Origin: a bacterium
GTDB lineage: Bacteria > Calescibacteriota > Calescibacteriia > Calescibacteriales > Calescibacteriaceae
Assembly: GCA_030550715.1 (NCBI GenBank)
Contig: JAUQOU010000007.1
Coordinates: 1-62,569 of the forward strand
Length of the DNA stretch: 62,569 nt
Direction of reading: 5' to 3'
The translations under genes were made by a program, and so were the position numbers. Every line of letters begins with the position of its first letter. The first letter of the stretch is position 1. The notes under the pieces are model-generated. The model saw only the letters and a program-made list of their open reading frames with translations. It made no database searches and had not been told where the DNA came from. This document shows, one piece after another, positions 37,843-47,498 of the stretch.

Positions 37843-38109
37843 TTACACTTTTTGTTTTTCTTCAATTTTTTGAAACTCTCCGAGAGCTGAATTCACTATT
37901 TTCTGGATTCTCTGAGAGTGTGGAAAAAATTTCAAAACCTTCGGAACTTCTTCATATTTACCTAAAAAATTTTTTATCTCCTCTTTAACCTTGAGCTCAT
38001 TCTTGAAAAAATCACTTACCTTTATAGGAAGTACTCCCAGAACTCTCTCGTCTTTATCTTTCACTATAAATATTATGTATATTGAGCCCTTTACCACTTC
38101 AACCGTCAT
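37843..38109 (-). CDS. Hypothetical small protein (88 aa)
   Basis: Co-oriented between the CDP-alcohol phosphatidyltransferase gene and gatA, with normal composition. No family recognised; it does not look like GatC. Confidence 0.45.
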   Translation of the reverse strand: MTVEVVKGSIYIIFIVKDKDERVLGVLPIKVSDFFKNELKVKEEIKNFLGKYEEVPKVLKFFPHSQRIQKIVNSALGEFQKIEEKQKV

Positions 38110-38191
38110 AAAAAATACACCTCATTTTATTATATCTTTCGGAAGTCAGATGATTATTTTTGCTAATACCGAAGGAAATATATAATCAGAA

Positions 38192-38794
38192 TCAAATATC
38201 TATTTTTTGCTCCATTTTTGTCTTCATAACAAGCTTTGATATAAGGAAAACATAACTCAAAATAGATAGGATACACAAAAATGCAACAGGGAACATAATA
38301 GCTTGAAGCGCAAAAAAAAGTTCTTTCCTATCAAAAATTTTCCAGATTATAAAAAGTATTATGAATGAGAATTGAGAGGCAACAGCTGATTTGCCAAGTT
38401 TTGTTGGTGAAAAATTAAGTTCAACACCCCTTAACTTCCCAAGGAGCAAAATAATCGGAATAGAAAGGTCTTTCAAAAGCATAAGGGAAGAAAACCAAAG
38501 AGGAGTGAGTTCTTTCAAAAAGAAGATAAAGAATATTGAAATAAGAACAATTTTATCAACCGTCGGATCAAATTTTCTTCCAAAGTCAGTTTGCATATTA
38601 AACCTCCTCGCTACCGCTCCATCTAAAAAATCAGAAATTATAGCAACGGAGCCAGTAAGAGCAGAATACCACCATCTCTCGTGATAAATAAAAAAAGCAA
38701 GAGGAAAAGCGAGGAGAAGTCGCAAGAATGTTATAAAATTAGGTAGAAGCAAAAATTCCTTTGCCTGCAAACTCTTCATAAATAATAAAAACAT
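38192..38794 (-). CDS. CDP-alcohol phosphatidyltransferase family protein (PgsA-like)
   Basis: 'PNFITFLRLLLAFP' and the family motif D(x)2DG(x)2AR(x)8G(x)3D(x)3D: 'SDFLDGAVARRFNMQTDFGRKFDPTVDKI'. Confidence 0.85.
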   Translation of the reverse strand: MFLLFMKSLQAKEFLLLPNFITFLRLLLAFPLAFFIYHERWWYSALTGSVAIISDFLDGAVARRFNMQTDFGRKFDPTVDKIVLISIFFIFFLKELTPLWFSSLMLLKDLSIPIILLLGKLRGVELNFSPTKLGKSAVASQFSFIILFIIWKIFDRKELFFALQAIMFPVAFLCILSILSYVFLISKLVMKTKMEQKIDI

Positions 38795-38935
38795 TTTAGA
38801 AATGAGGAACAGTTTATTTAAAATAACTGAATAATGAAAAAATGCATCGGGAAATTTTGCATTTTATCAAAGGTGTGCAGTAATGGATTAACTTTTAAAT
38901 TCATGTTAATTCAGAGTAGTTAAAATTATTTTTAT

Positions 38936-39011
38936 CGGGGCATAGCTCAGGGGCGAGAGCGTTGGCCTTGGGAGCCAAAGGTCGCCGGTTCAAATCCGGC
39001 TGCCCCGACCA
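38936..39011 (+). tRNA. tRNA-Pro (anticodon UGG), CCA-encoded
   Basis: Hand-folded cloverleaf: acceptor CGGGGCA/TGCCCCG, D stem GCTC/GAGC, anticodon stem TTGGC/GCCAA, loop CT-TGG-GA (G37), T arm GCCGG-TTCAAAT-CCGGC, discriminator A, CCA. 76 nt. Confidence 0.95.
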
Positions 39012-39017
39012 CCCATT

Positions 39018-41978
39018 TTGAAAAAAGAAATCCTCATATCTCTTGTAGCACTCGTAATCATAATAGCCGGTATAGCGGTAGGATTAGCCCTATGCCCGGA
39101 AAAAAAGGTTCCAGCTCCGGAAATATCTGTTTTCCCCTCCCCTACTTCTGGAATTTCACCTCTTGAAATAACCATCAGCGTCAAAATTAACTCTCAAACT
39201 GAACTCAAAAACATATCAGTATCAATAGACGAAAAAGAGATTTTCTCAAAAGATATAAGCGGAGATTTTTCCGAAACAATAACAAACTTTTCAATAAACA
39301 TCACGGGAGGAAGGAAATTCGGAGACATAAAACTTTCTTACACATTAGTGGTCACGGGAGCGCCAGCAAAAATATTCAAAATAAAAGCAGAAGCAACTAA
39401 CTCAAAAGGGACAAAAAAAGACGCTTTCTCAGAAGTCATTGTGTACGAGAACAAACCCTGCTCCGTGAATATATATATAGTATCTCCACAGGAAACTCCC
39501 ATATCTCCTCCGCCCTTTCCGGTTCAGTTAGGTGCAGCAGTGACAGACGATAAATGCGGAAACTTCACAGCATCTCAGGGGACAACCTGCAACTTCAAAT
39601 TTATATGGGACGCAGATAATCAAGGTGGAGAGTTCAAACCTGACGGCGAAACAAATCAACCATCATTTACATTCACATATAACCTGTTCGGAATCTATAC
39701 CCCAAAAGTCAAAGTCATAGACGATGGAGGAAACGAATGCGAGAGCCAAAACTTTATCCCCGTTTATGTCGCAAGAAGAATAGAAAAAATTAATCCGCTC
39801 TTTTTCTCAAATATTTTCCCTTCAATACAATCCTTTCAGCTGAACGATAAAATCAAAGTTTTTTCATCACAAGTTGATTTTGGCGTATCTGAATACACAA
39901 TAGACAAATCTCAACCCGAACTCATACTTGAATCAACAAAAAAAATCGGAGAAACAAATATTGGAGTAGATTTGGGAAAATATGATTCAACATCTGCGGT
40001 ATTTTACAAAACACCTGGAAAAATTTATGTTTTCCCTATATCAGGCAGAGTTGATTGGGGAAATAAAATAACTGAAATCAATCTGACATACGAAGAAAGC
40101 AGATTCTTATCTTTTGAGAACAGAGCGACTTTTATCACCACTTTCAGCGGTAATAAATTCTCCGCTTGCCCACTTATGCCATCTGCTGGATTCCGGGGAG
40201 AAGTATGTCTAACACACTCTTTGAACTACGCGTTTTCTTCTCCATACTCATTCTTCATTGATGGAGACAACCTTTTCCTTGCACACTATGTCTCTGGATA
40301 CCTAAAAGTTATCATATACTCTTTCTCTTTGACATTTTCTTCTCCTTATGGAATATATATTTTGGAGGGACCAAAGGAAACATACGAGGTAGGTGTTTCA
40401 TTCCCTCCATCACACATAGAGTTCTTTAAAGAAAGCGGTAAGATATATATTGTTATTTCATCTGCGGACATTAATTTTTCAGTAGCTTACAGAACTTATA
40501 TTTTGGATTTTTCATCTTGCAGAGCGGGAAACTGCTCTTTTGTCCAGATCACAAATATGAGTATGGAAAGCGTCATTTTAAATATAGCTGGCTCAGATAT
40601 ATGCCCGACATCTGAGCCGTCGGAATTCAAAGCAAATATCCTTGATTTTTTGATTCCAAGTGATTTTGTTTTCTGCGGGAATTCAAAATGCATTTTATCG
40701 CTTTTATGTCTTGATGATATTACGAGGGGGAGAAAGTGCGCCAAAAATGCGGTCTATCCGTTTATCTTCTCCGGTGGAGAAGTTCTGAAAAACCTGAACT
40801 TAAACTGCATAGAAACAGAACCTCAGAGCAATATAGTTTATGCGTGGGGGACAACAGCTATCCTATCTTCAAAAGCATTTTTATCTTTATATGATTTCTC
40901 TGCAAGAACCAGCCCAAAAATTTTAGATATAGATTCTCTCTTTCTTGAACCCGAATCTCTTTCTGGATATGAAAAAGATGGGAACTTCTATGTATCCCTC
41001 GGAGGTGCAGGAGGAGTAAATATTTTGAAATTTACCTTTGATGGGAATCTATCTGACCTTGTATCGCATATTTATATCAGACCTGAAGGAAAATTCGCCG
41101 ATAACACTTATTCTGTCAAAAAGCATTACTTAGACGATAACATGCTTGTTGCGGTTTTAGAGAAGCCGGGTTGTGGAGAAGAATGGATATTTTCAGGCAT
41201 AATGATATATGATATGAAAAACCCTGAACTGCTCAAAAGAAGAAAGTACAAAGTGTATATACCTTACTCCCAAATTGATATGCACTCAATATCAAATCTT
41301 TTTGTGATAAAGGATTCCGCATTAAAATACAGGATGATTATATCGGGAACAAAATGCCAGAGCACTCAATACACAGTAATAACTTATGAAATTGATATAT
41401 CTGATTTCAGTGTAAGGGAAATAGCAAGAATTAAGTTCGAAGAATCGCCTTTATCTTTTGAGGGAATACCCAGTGGAGAAATTTTTATGAGCTCACCGAA
41501 AAAAATTTTCCTCATAGATGGGAATCAGGTAAAAAAAGAATTAGATGAAGAAGGCGGAGGAATTCTTAAATTTTACAAGGGGCTTTTGTATGAAGTCGCT
41601 TCACGAGGAAATTACCTCAGCGTAAAGGTTTTTGACACAAATCTTGTGAAAAAAGACGAGTTTTCTTTTTATATTGGTGTTTATCCATCTGTTTCATCTG
41701 TAAAGATAGCTTCGGCTTTTGATGAGTTTTTTGGGACGGGAGATATTGACCTTATATTTGCCGGACTATCAATACCGCAGATTTACTCAAAAGTATCAGC
41801 TCTGATGGTATTTGACGCAACAGAATACATAAAATTCGGAAGACCTATAAGATTTCTTGGGGTAGTACCTGCACAATTTGACATAGGAGCAGTAGATATT
41901 CTGTTTTTCAGAGGTTCAAAAAACATGATATTTTTACTTGATTTCTCAAAAGTTCTATTCAGAATATTTCTGAAATAG
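39018..41978 (+). CDS. Large secreted hypothetical protein (986 aa) with Ig/PKD-like N-terminal modules and a probable beta-propeller-like C-terminal region
   Basis: TTG start and a signal peptide ending in Cys (ILISLVALVIIIAGIAVGLALC). PKD-like module 'CNFKFIWDADNQGGEFKPDGETNQPSFTFTYNLFGIYTPKVKVIDDGGNE' at about 39585-39770. The rest is beta-rich with no recognised family. Confidence 0.6.
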   Translation: MKKEILISLVALVIIIAGIAVGLALCPEKKVPAPEISVFPSPTSGISPLEITISVKINSQTELKNISVSIDEKEIFSKDISGDFSETITNFSINITGGRKFGDIKLSYTLVVTGAPAKIFKIKAEATNSKGTKKDAFSEVIVYENKPCSVNIYIVSPQETPISPPPFPVQLGAAVTDDKCGNFTASQGTTCNFKFIWDADNQGGEFKPDGETNQPSFTFTYNLFGIYTPKVKVIDDGGNECESQNFIPVYVARRIEKINPLFFSNIFPSIQSFQLNDKIKVFSSQVDFGVSEYTIDKSQPELILESTKKIGETNIGVDLGKYDSTSAVFYKTPGKIYVFPISGRVDWGNKITEINLTYEESRFLSFENRATFITTFSGNKFSACPLMPSAGFRGEVCLTHSLNYAFSSPYSFFIDGDNLFLAHYVSGYLKVIIYSFSLTFSSPYGIYILEGPKETYEVGVSFPPSHIEFFKESGKIYIVISSADINFSVAYRTYILDFSSCRAGNCSFVQITNMSMESVILNIAGSDICPTSEPSEFKANILDFLIPSDFVFCGNSKCILSLLCLDDITRGRKCAKNAVYPFIFSGGEVLKNLNLNCIETEPQSNIVYAWGTTAILSSKAFLSLYDFSARTSPKILDIDSLFLEPESLSGYEKDGNFYVSLGGAGGVNILKFTFDGNLSDLVSHIYIRPEGKFADNTYSVKKHYLDDNMLVAVLEKPGCGEEWIFSGIMIYDMKNPELLKRRKYKVYIPYSQIDMHSISNLFVIKDSALKYRMIISGTKCQSTQYTVITYEIDISDFSVREIARIKFEESPLSFEGIPSGEIFMSSPKKIFLIDGNQVKKELDEEGGGILKFYKGLLYEVASRGNYLSVKVFDTNLVKKDEFSFYIGVYPSVSSVKIASAFDEFFGTGDIDLIFAGLSIPQIYSKVSALMVFDATEYIKFGRPIRFLGVVPAQFDIGAVDILFFRGSKNMIFLLDFSKVLFRIFLK

Positions 41979-42039
41979 TATCTATGTAAAGTTTCTGATT
42001 TTTCAACAAAGCCACTAAAAATTTTTTATTTTAAAGATT

Positions 42040-42435
42040 ATGCCACCTACGATAAATCAGCTTGTAAGATATGGAAGAACGCCGAGAAAATGGAAGAGCA
42101 AATCACCTGCTCTTGAAGGGTGTCCTCAAAAAAGAGGAGTATGTATAAGAGTTTACACAACAACACCTAAAAAACCAAATTCAGCACTTCGCAAAGTTGC
42201 AAAGGTGAGATTATCTAACGGCAGAGAAATAATAGCTTATATTCCCGGGATAGGGCATAACTTGCAAGAACACTCAGTCGTTCTCGTAAGAGGAGGAAGA
42301 GTAAAAGACCTACCAGGAGTGAAGTATCATATAATAAGAGGAGCTCTTGATGCTGCCGGTGTTGAAAACAGAAGAAAATCAAGATCAAAATACGGAGCAA
42401 AAAGACCAAAAACAGACACACAAAAAAGCAAATAA
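42040..42435 (+). CDS. rpsL: 30S ribosomal protein S12
   Basis: '[10 protein letters not shown]', '[25 protein letters not shown]+[21 protein letters not shown]+[11 protein letters not shown]+YH'. Confidence 0.97.
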   Translation: MPPTINQLVRYGRTPRKWKSKSPALEGCPQKRGVCIRVYTTTPKKPNSALRKVAKVRLSNGREIIAYIPGIGHNLQEHSVVLVRGGRVKDLPGVKYHIIRGALDAAGVENRRKSRSKYGAKRPKTDTQKSK

Positions 42436-42471
42436 ATTTTCTTAAAAGAAAAATTTTTTGGAGGGAAGATT

Positions 42472-42945
42472 ATGCCAAGAAAAGGGAAAGTAGAACAGAG
42501 AGAAGTGAAGCCAGACATAGTTTATGGAAGCGTAGAGGTGGAAAAACTCATAAACAAGATAATGAAAGATGGGAAAAAATCTCTTGCAAGATACATAGTT
42601 TATTCTGCTTTTGAGCTGATAAAGCAAAAGACCGGTAAAGACCCGCTTGAAGTTTTCAAAAAGGCACTTTCAAACACCCAACCAGAAATGGAAGTCAGAA
42701 CAAGAAGAGTCGGAGGAGCAACTTATCAGGTTCCCATAGAATGTCTTCCGAAAAGAAAAGTTCATCTTGGACTAAAATTTATTGTTGAAGCAGCCAGAGA
42801 GAGAAAAGATAAAAGAACAATGATAGAGAGGTTAGCTTACGAGATAATGGAAGCAGCAGAAGGTAAAGGAGAAGCGGTAAAGAAAAAGGAAGAACTGCAC
42901 AAAATAGCAGAAGCAAACAGAGCCTTTGCACATTACAGATGGTAA
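42472..42945 (+). CDS. rpsG: 30S ribosomal protein S7
   Basis: 'MPRKG......PD..YGS..V.K.IN..M.DGKKS.A..IVY.AF', '[16 protein letters not shown]' and 'AHYRW' C-terminus. Confidence 0.97.
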   Translation: MPRKGKVEQREVKPDIVYGSVEVEKLINKIMKDGKKSLARYIVYSAFELIKQKTGKDPLEVFKKALSNTQPEMEVRTRRVGGATYQVPIECLPKRKVHLGLKFIVEAARERKDKRTMIERLAYEIMEAAEGKGEAVKKKEELHKIAEANRAFAHYRW

Positions 42946-42981
42946 AGCCAAAATTCAACTGAAAAATTTTATCTTCAAGAA

Positions 42982-43590
42982 TCACTGAGAAATAACCTTA
43001 GAAATAAAGTATCTCACAAAAAGAAAAATCATCACGAGCAAAATTCCAAGAGCCATAGTCACGGTGTTGAAGTGCCTCTCAACAAAGCCCCTCACTCTAT
43101 CTCCAAAGAAAAATATAGGAACAGCAACTATAAGATATCTTATAGCTCTTGAAAGTCCATAAGATATGAGAAAAACAGGGAAATTCACAGAGAATATTCC
43201 AGCAGATATAAGGAAGACCTTATCTGGCAGTGGAGTAAAACCTATTGTGAAGATTGTTATAAACGCGTTCTTGTCATAAACTTCTGATGCTTTTTTGAAA
43301 AGCTCTTGTGAAAAAACATATTTGAAGAAAAAATCCTGTGTTGCATTCCAGAAAAATTTTCCTATAAGATAGCTCACAACTCCACCAAGCAAAGTGAATA
43401 ATGAAGATACTGCTGCGTAAAAGAGAGCTCTTTTGGGTCTGCTGAAAGACATTGTCATAAGGACGACTTCTGGGGGAATCGGGAAGAAGACAGGTTCAGT
43501 GAGAGCGACAAAAACAAGGACTGCAAAAGCCCACCTTGAATTGCTCGCCCTTATAACCCAATCATAAATCCTTCTCAAAAAAGAAAACAC
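42982..43590 (-). CDS. yqaA: YqaA/DedA-type (SNARE-associated domain) membrane protein
   Basis: 'WAFAVLVFVALTEPVFFPIPPEVVLMTM' followed by 4-5 TM segments, the typical YqaA N-terminal pattern. Confidence 0.7.
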   Translation of the reverse strand: MFSFLRRIYDWVIRASNSRWAFAVLVFVALTEPVFFPIPPEVVLMTMSFSRPKRALFYAAVSSLFTLLGGVVSYLIGKFFWNATQDFFFKYVFSQELFKKASEVYDKNAFITIFTIGFTPLPDKVFLISAGIFSVNFPVFLISYGLSRAIRYLIVAVPIFFFGDRVRGFVERHFNTVTMALGILLVMIFLFVRYFISKVISQ

Positions 43591-43652
43591 TTTAAAGCTA
43601 GTTCTCCTTCAATATATTTTCAACAAAAAAAACAAAAAAATCAATTTAGACA

Positions 43653-46409
43653 TTATTTTTCTTCATAAGATTTGAGTATCTTTTCTTTGAAGATTTCAAG
43701 GAATGCTGGGAGAAGGAAAACCGAAACGAAGATAGAAGTTGAGAGTCCTATTGTTATAAGAATGCCGAAGTGGCTCAAGCCTGGAAATCTCGCAAGGGCG
43801 ACGGTGCAAAATCCAGCAATTGTTGAAAGTCCTGCGATAAAAATTGCTCTTCCAGTTCCCGCAACAGCTTTCCTCACATTCTTTTCGGAAAAGAGTCGGT
43901 ATATTATCTGAACTCCATAATCTTCGGCGGTCCCCGCTATTATAGCGAAAGCTCCAATGTTTATGTAATGTGCTTTTATACCAATCAGAGCCGAAAAAGA
44001 CGCAGCGAAAATCAATCCAATAGTCATAGGTATCATAGCCAAAATTGTAGGAAGAATTCTGCGAAAAGCCAAAAACAGAAAGATAAAAGTTAGTGAGAAG
44101 GCAAGAGAAAGAGAAAGCAAAAGGTCTCTTTTAGCTCTTTCTGTAACAGAGAGAAAAAGAGCAGAGACACCGAAAGCCGAAGGGTCTACGGAAAGCGCCT
44201 CGCTCAAATTTTTCCTCATGTAAATTTCATCCTCCCATATAGGTCTTTTAGGATAAGCAAAGATTATGAATGAATTATCTTTACCTATGAACTCACGACG
44301 TATATCTTCTGGTAGGTCATGGAGTTCAAATCCTCTGCTTTTTGCAGCGGTCTTTAAATCTTGAAGGAATTCATCTAAACTTTCCGCATTCACTCTTTGC
44401 AAAGCAGAAATATCTACATTGCCATCTCCTAATTTATCTATTGAATCAAGGAGTTTTACTATATCTTGTTTGAGTTTTTTTGCTTCGTCTTCTGCTTCAA
44501 ATATTCCAGAAAGAACAGCAAGTTCAGCCATAGCAGATGCAACAGACATCATCCTCTCAAACGATGACTTTATATATAGAGCCGGAAATACACCTCCCGA
44601 TGGTATAACTCCGCCCCTAAAATCAGAAACGACTTTATTTATCTCCTCAACATATTGCAGTTTATCTTTTATATCATCAGGGAAGAACACAAGAATTGAT
44701 TCAACACTCCCGAAAGTTTCGGTTTGCTTCAGTTTCATTACTTTTTCTTTGAGTTCTTCAATGTCTTTTGCAAGTATAACTGTGTAATCTTTTGACCTGC
44801 CGAACTTAGATACGATAAAATCTTCTGCTTTTATGGCTTCAAGATGGGGTAATATTTTTCGCAGGTTGTACTCAAAACCAAACTTTTCAAATCCGAAGAA
44901 AATGACAAGAACTATTACCGGGACAGAAATAGCAACAATATACTTGCTTTTTGATACGACAAAATCAGCTACCTTTTCAAAGAATAAGTCAACAACACCA
45001 GAAACCCTTCCTTTCGCAAGTTGTTTTGAGAAAATCTTCATCAAAGCGGGCAAGAATATCCATGAAAGGATAAGGTATATGAGTATTCCTGCAAAAGCTA
45101 CTACTGCGAGAATTTTAGCACCCTTTATCTGAGAAACATAAACGCAGAGAAAACCAAGAGAAGTAGTTATTCCTGCTTCAAACATCGGAGGGATAAGTTC
45201 ATATACAGATTGCGAAATGGTCTTATCTCCTCTTTGTCCTTCCTGAATCTTTTCTTTCCATCTTGAAAAAACATATACTCCCCAATCAATTCCCATACCT
45301 ATCAGTATGCTTCCGAAAAGAGCTGAAATTACTGTGACATAACCGTATGTGAGCATAAGGAAACCGAAGGTGAGAACAACTCCGACAGCAAGGAAGATAG
45401 TAAACGAGAGAGCACCGAAAAATCCTCTGAAGACCGTAAGGAAAACAGCCATAGTAAGTATGTAGCTCAGATTACCCGTTCTCGCCATATCTTGAATGAC
45501 AATTCTTCTCTGCTCTTCAAGACCTATGTGGTTTCCTCCTATGTGAAGGTTCAAGCCCGCACACTCAGCTTTTTGTACCTTTTCCTTCATATCCATAACC
45601 TTATCATATATTATCTTGTTGAAGTTGTAGTCGTCTGCTGGTTTTGAGGGAAGAGCGGTTATAAGTATTGTGCTTTTGTCTTCACTTATCAGGAAGTCCT
45701 CATAAACAGAATAACCTTCTCTCTTTTGTTCTCCGTACATTAAAAACGCTTTGCGAAAAGTATCTTTGTATTTTTCAGGGTCTAATTTCCCATCAATCAT
45801 AGCCTGGCGGATTTGCTCAACCCAAAGGCGAATAGCCGAAATTGATTCAACGAATTCATCCTTCTTATCTTCCTCTATGGTTTCTCTCTCTAAAATTTCC
45901 TGCGAAATCAAGTCAGCCCATTTGCTTATAAAATCGGGGAAACTATAAGTCATAAAAAGTTTTTTCAGCTCTTCCTTTCTTCTTCTCATAAGGTCGTAAA
46001 GATCTTGTAGGTCTTTTTTATCAAGGTAGTAGAGAGCATGATTTTTAAAAAATTCCACATCTATTTTTCCCCTTACACTTTTTATCTCTGGCATTTTTTT
46101 GAGTTCCTCTTGAACACGCAAAGCACACTCTTTCATACGAGAGAGATTATCTCCTTCTATACCCACAAAGAGTATGTCAGTTCCACCATAATTTTCTGAA
46201 ACATACTTGAATCTTTTGAGCTGTGGATGGTCGGGCGGTAGTTCATCAAAAAGCGAAAGCTTTATCTGAAAGTTCCGAAGCGACCAGATAGATAATACAC
46301 AAAGTATCGCAACAGATAAAATAATCAGCAGAGGATACCTTAAAGGTAGCTCAGAAATAGCTCTTTTTATCTTTTCAAAAAACCCATCTTGACCATTACT
46401 GCCAGCCAT
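43653..46409 (-). CDS. MMPL/RND-superfamily transporter (HpnN-like lipid exporter type)
   Basis: 918 aa in two repeats of TM1, a large extracytoplasmic loop and 5 TM. Glycine-rich sterol-sensing-like bundles ('GIDWGVYVFSRW', 'GTAEDYGVQIIYRL') are typical of MMPL proteins. Confidence 0.8.
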   Translation of the reverse strand: MAGSNGQDGFFEKIKRAISELPLRYPLLIILSVAILCVLSIWSLRNFQIKLSLFDELPPDHPQLKRFKYVSENYGGTDILFVGIEGDNLSRMKECALRVQEELKKMPEIKSVRGKIDVEFFKNHALYYLDKKDLQDLYDLMRRRKEELKKLFMTYSFPDFISKWADLISQEILERETIEEDKKDEFVESISAIRLWVEQIRQAMIDGKLDPEKYKDTFRKAFLMYGEQKREGYSVYEDFLISEDKSTILITALPSKPADDYNFNKIIYDKVMDMKEKVQKAECAGLNLHIGGNHIGLEEQRRIVIQDMARTGNLSYILTMAVFLTVFRGFFGALSFTIFLAVGVVLTFGFLMLTYGYVTVISALFGSILIGMGIDWGVYVFSRWKEKIQEGQRGDKTISQSVYELIPPMFEAGITTSLGFLCVYVSQIKGAKILAVVAFAGILIYLILSWIFLPALMKIFSKQLAKGRVSGVVDLFFEKVADFVVSKSKYIVAISVPVIVLVIFFGFEKFGFEYNLRKILPHLEAIKAEDFIVSKFGRSKDYTVILAKDIEELKEKVMKLKQTETFGSVESILVFFPDDIKDKLQYVEEINKVVSDFRGGVIPSGGVFPALYIKSSFERMMSVASAMAELAVLSGIFEAEDEAKKLKQDIVKLLDSIDKLGDGNVDISALQRVNAESLDEFLQDLKTAAKSRGFELHDLPEDIRREFIGKDNSFIIFAYPKRPIWEDEIYMRKNLSEALSVDPSAFGVSALFLSVTERAKRDLLLSLSLAFSLTFIFLFLAFRRILPTILAMIPMTIGLIFAASFSALIGIKAHYINIGAFAIIAGTAEDYGVQIIYRLFSEKNVRKAVAGTGRAIFIAGLSTIAGFCTVALARFPGLSHFGILITIGLSTSIFVSVFLLPAFLEIFKEKILKSYEEK

Positions 46410-46443
46410 ACTAAAAATGTAAAAATCTTTTTTCTGGAAAAAG
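46410..46443 (-). terminator. Weak candidate intrinsic terminator downstream of the Hpt-ATPase gene
   Basis: On the minus strand: CTTTTT-CCAGA-AAAAAG hairpin (6-bp all-A/T plus one GC stem) followed by ATTTTTACATTTTT. The stem is very weak, so this is tentative. Confidence 0.2.
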
Positions 46444-46495
46444 TTGAAAATTAACTAATTTTAGGTAGGTTTTTGATAAGGAAAAATTCACGCAT

Positions 46496-47302
46496 TCACG
46501 ATGAAAAGTAGTATATTTTCATTGAAGTTCCCTTATTTTTTTCGCTTTTTATTATAATTCCTCCCTTTCTATCTTTTACGAATTTATATATTGAGTATAG
46601 TCCCATACCTCTTCCTGAGTGTAAAGACGGTTCCTTCGTAGAAACGCCGAGCATAGCTTCAAATCCTTTGTGTTGTATTTTCTTTATAATTTCGGGGTCA
46701 AAACCTGCTCCATTATCTTCGTAAAAGATCTCTATCTTGCTTTTCCCGGTTCCTTCTGTTTTACGTACAGAAAAGACCATTTTATTGTTTTTCTCATAGA
46801 AGAAAGCATGCTCAAAAGCGTTCCTCACAAGATTTATAAAAATATGAAGAATTTCTGACATTTCCTTTTGAGAGAGATTTGATGGGATTTGTATATCCAT
46901 AGTTCCCGGCTTTCCGAGAATCTTTGAGTATTCATCAAAAAACCTTCTCATCTGCTCTATAATATCTCTTATTGTTTCCTGCTGAGGAATAAAAGACCTA
47001 ATCATAGCATCGGAGAAAACGAGCTTTTTTTTGACAAGTTCAAGAGAATCAGGAGAAACTTTTTTTTCGTTTTTCCATTTTATAATCTCGTCTTCAACAG
47101 AGTGAAGCGTTTGCGCAACATCTTGCAATCCAAAAAAAACACATTCACCTTTCACAGTATGCACAGATGAGTAAACCTCAAAGACAATTTTTTCATCGTA
47201 TTTTTCACTCAGTTTTTCAATGCTATGAAGAGATTTGTCAAGAAGAGATATTGCTTCTTTTCTGAAAATCTCAAATAGCTCTCTTTCAGATGTCAGGTTC
47301 AT
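46496..47302 (-). CDS. Mini CheA-like kinase: Hpt (P1) domain fused directly to a CheA-type HATPase (P4) domain
   Basis: Hpt motif 'VYSSVHTVKGECVFFGLQDVAQTLHSVEDEI'. N-box 'LVRNAFEHA', G1 'DNGAGFD', 'GVSTKEPSLHSGRGMGLYSIYKFV' (CheA-like G2). No recognisable P2, canonical P3 or CheW-like P5. ATG 47302 is preferred to TTG 47308. Confidence 0.75.
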   Translation of the reverse strand: MNLTSERELFEIFRKEAISLLDKSLHSIEKLSEKYDEKIVFEVYSSVHTVKGECVFFGLQDVAQTLHSVEDEIIKWKNEKKVSPDSLELVKKKLVFSDAMIRSFIPQQETIRDIIEQMRRFFDEYSKILGKPGTMDIQIPSNLSQKEMSEILHIFINLVRNAFEHAFFYEKNNKMVFSVRKTEGTGKSKIEIFYEDNGAGFDPEIIKKIQHKGFEAMLGVSTKEPSLHSGRGMGLYSIYKFVKDRKGGIIIKSEKNKGTSMKIYYFSS

Positions 47303-47498
47303 AAACAAAACAAAGCAAAGTCAAATAACAATAAACGAAAAAACTCAACAGCAAATATAAAATTAATATCGTTAAAAATTTTTTTAATCTTTACATAAGA
47401 GATTTTAGGAACTCTTCTGTCTCACCAGAAATTTTCCAAACAACAAAAAATGCAAAAATAAAAAACAGCAGAACACTTCTTAAAGATAGAATAATAAA

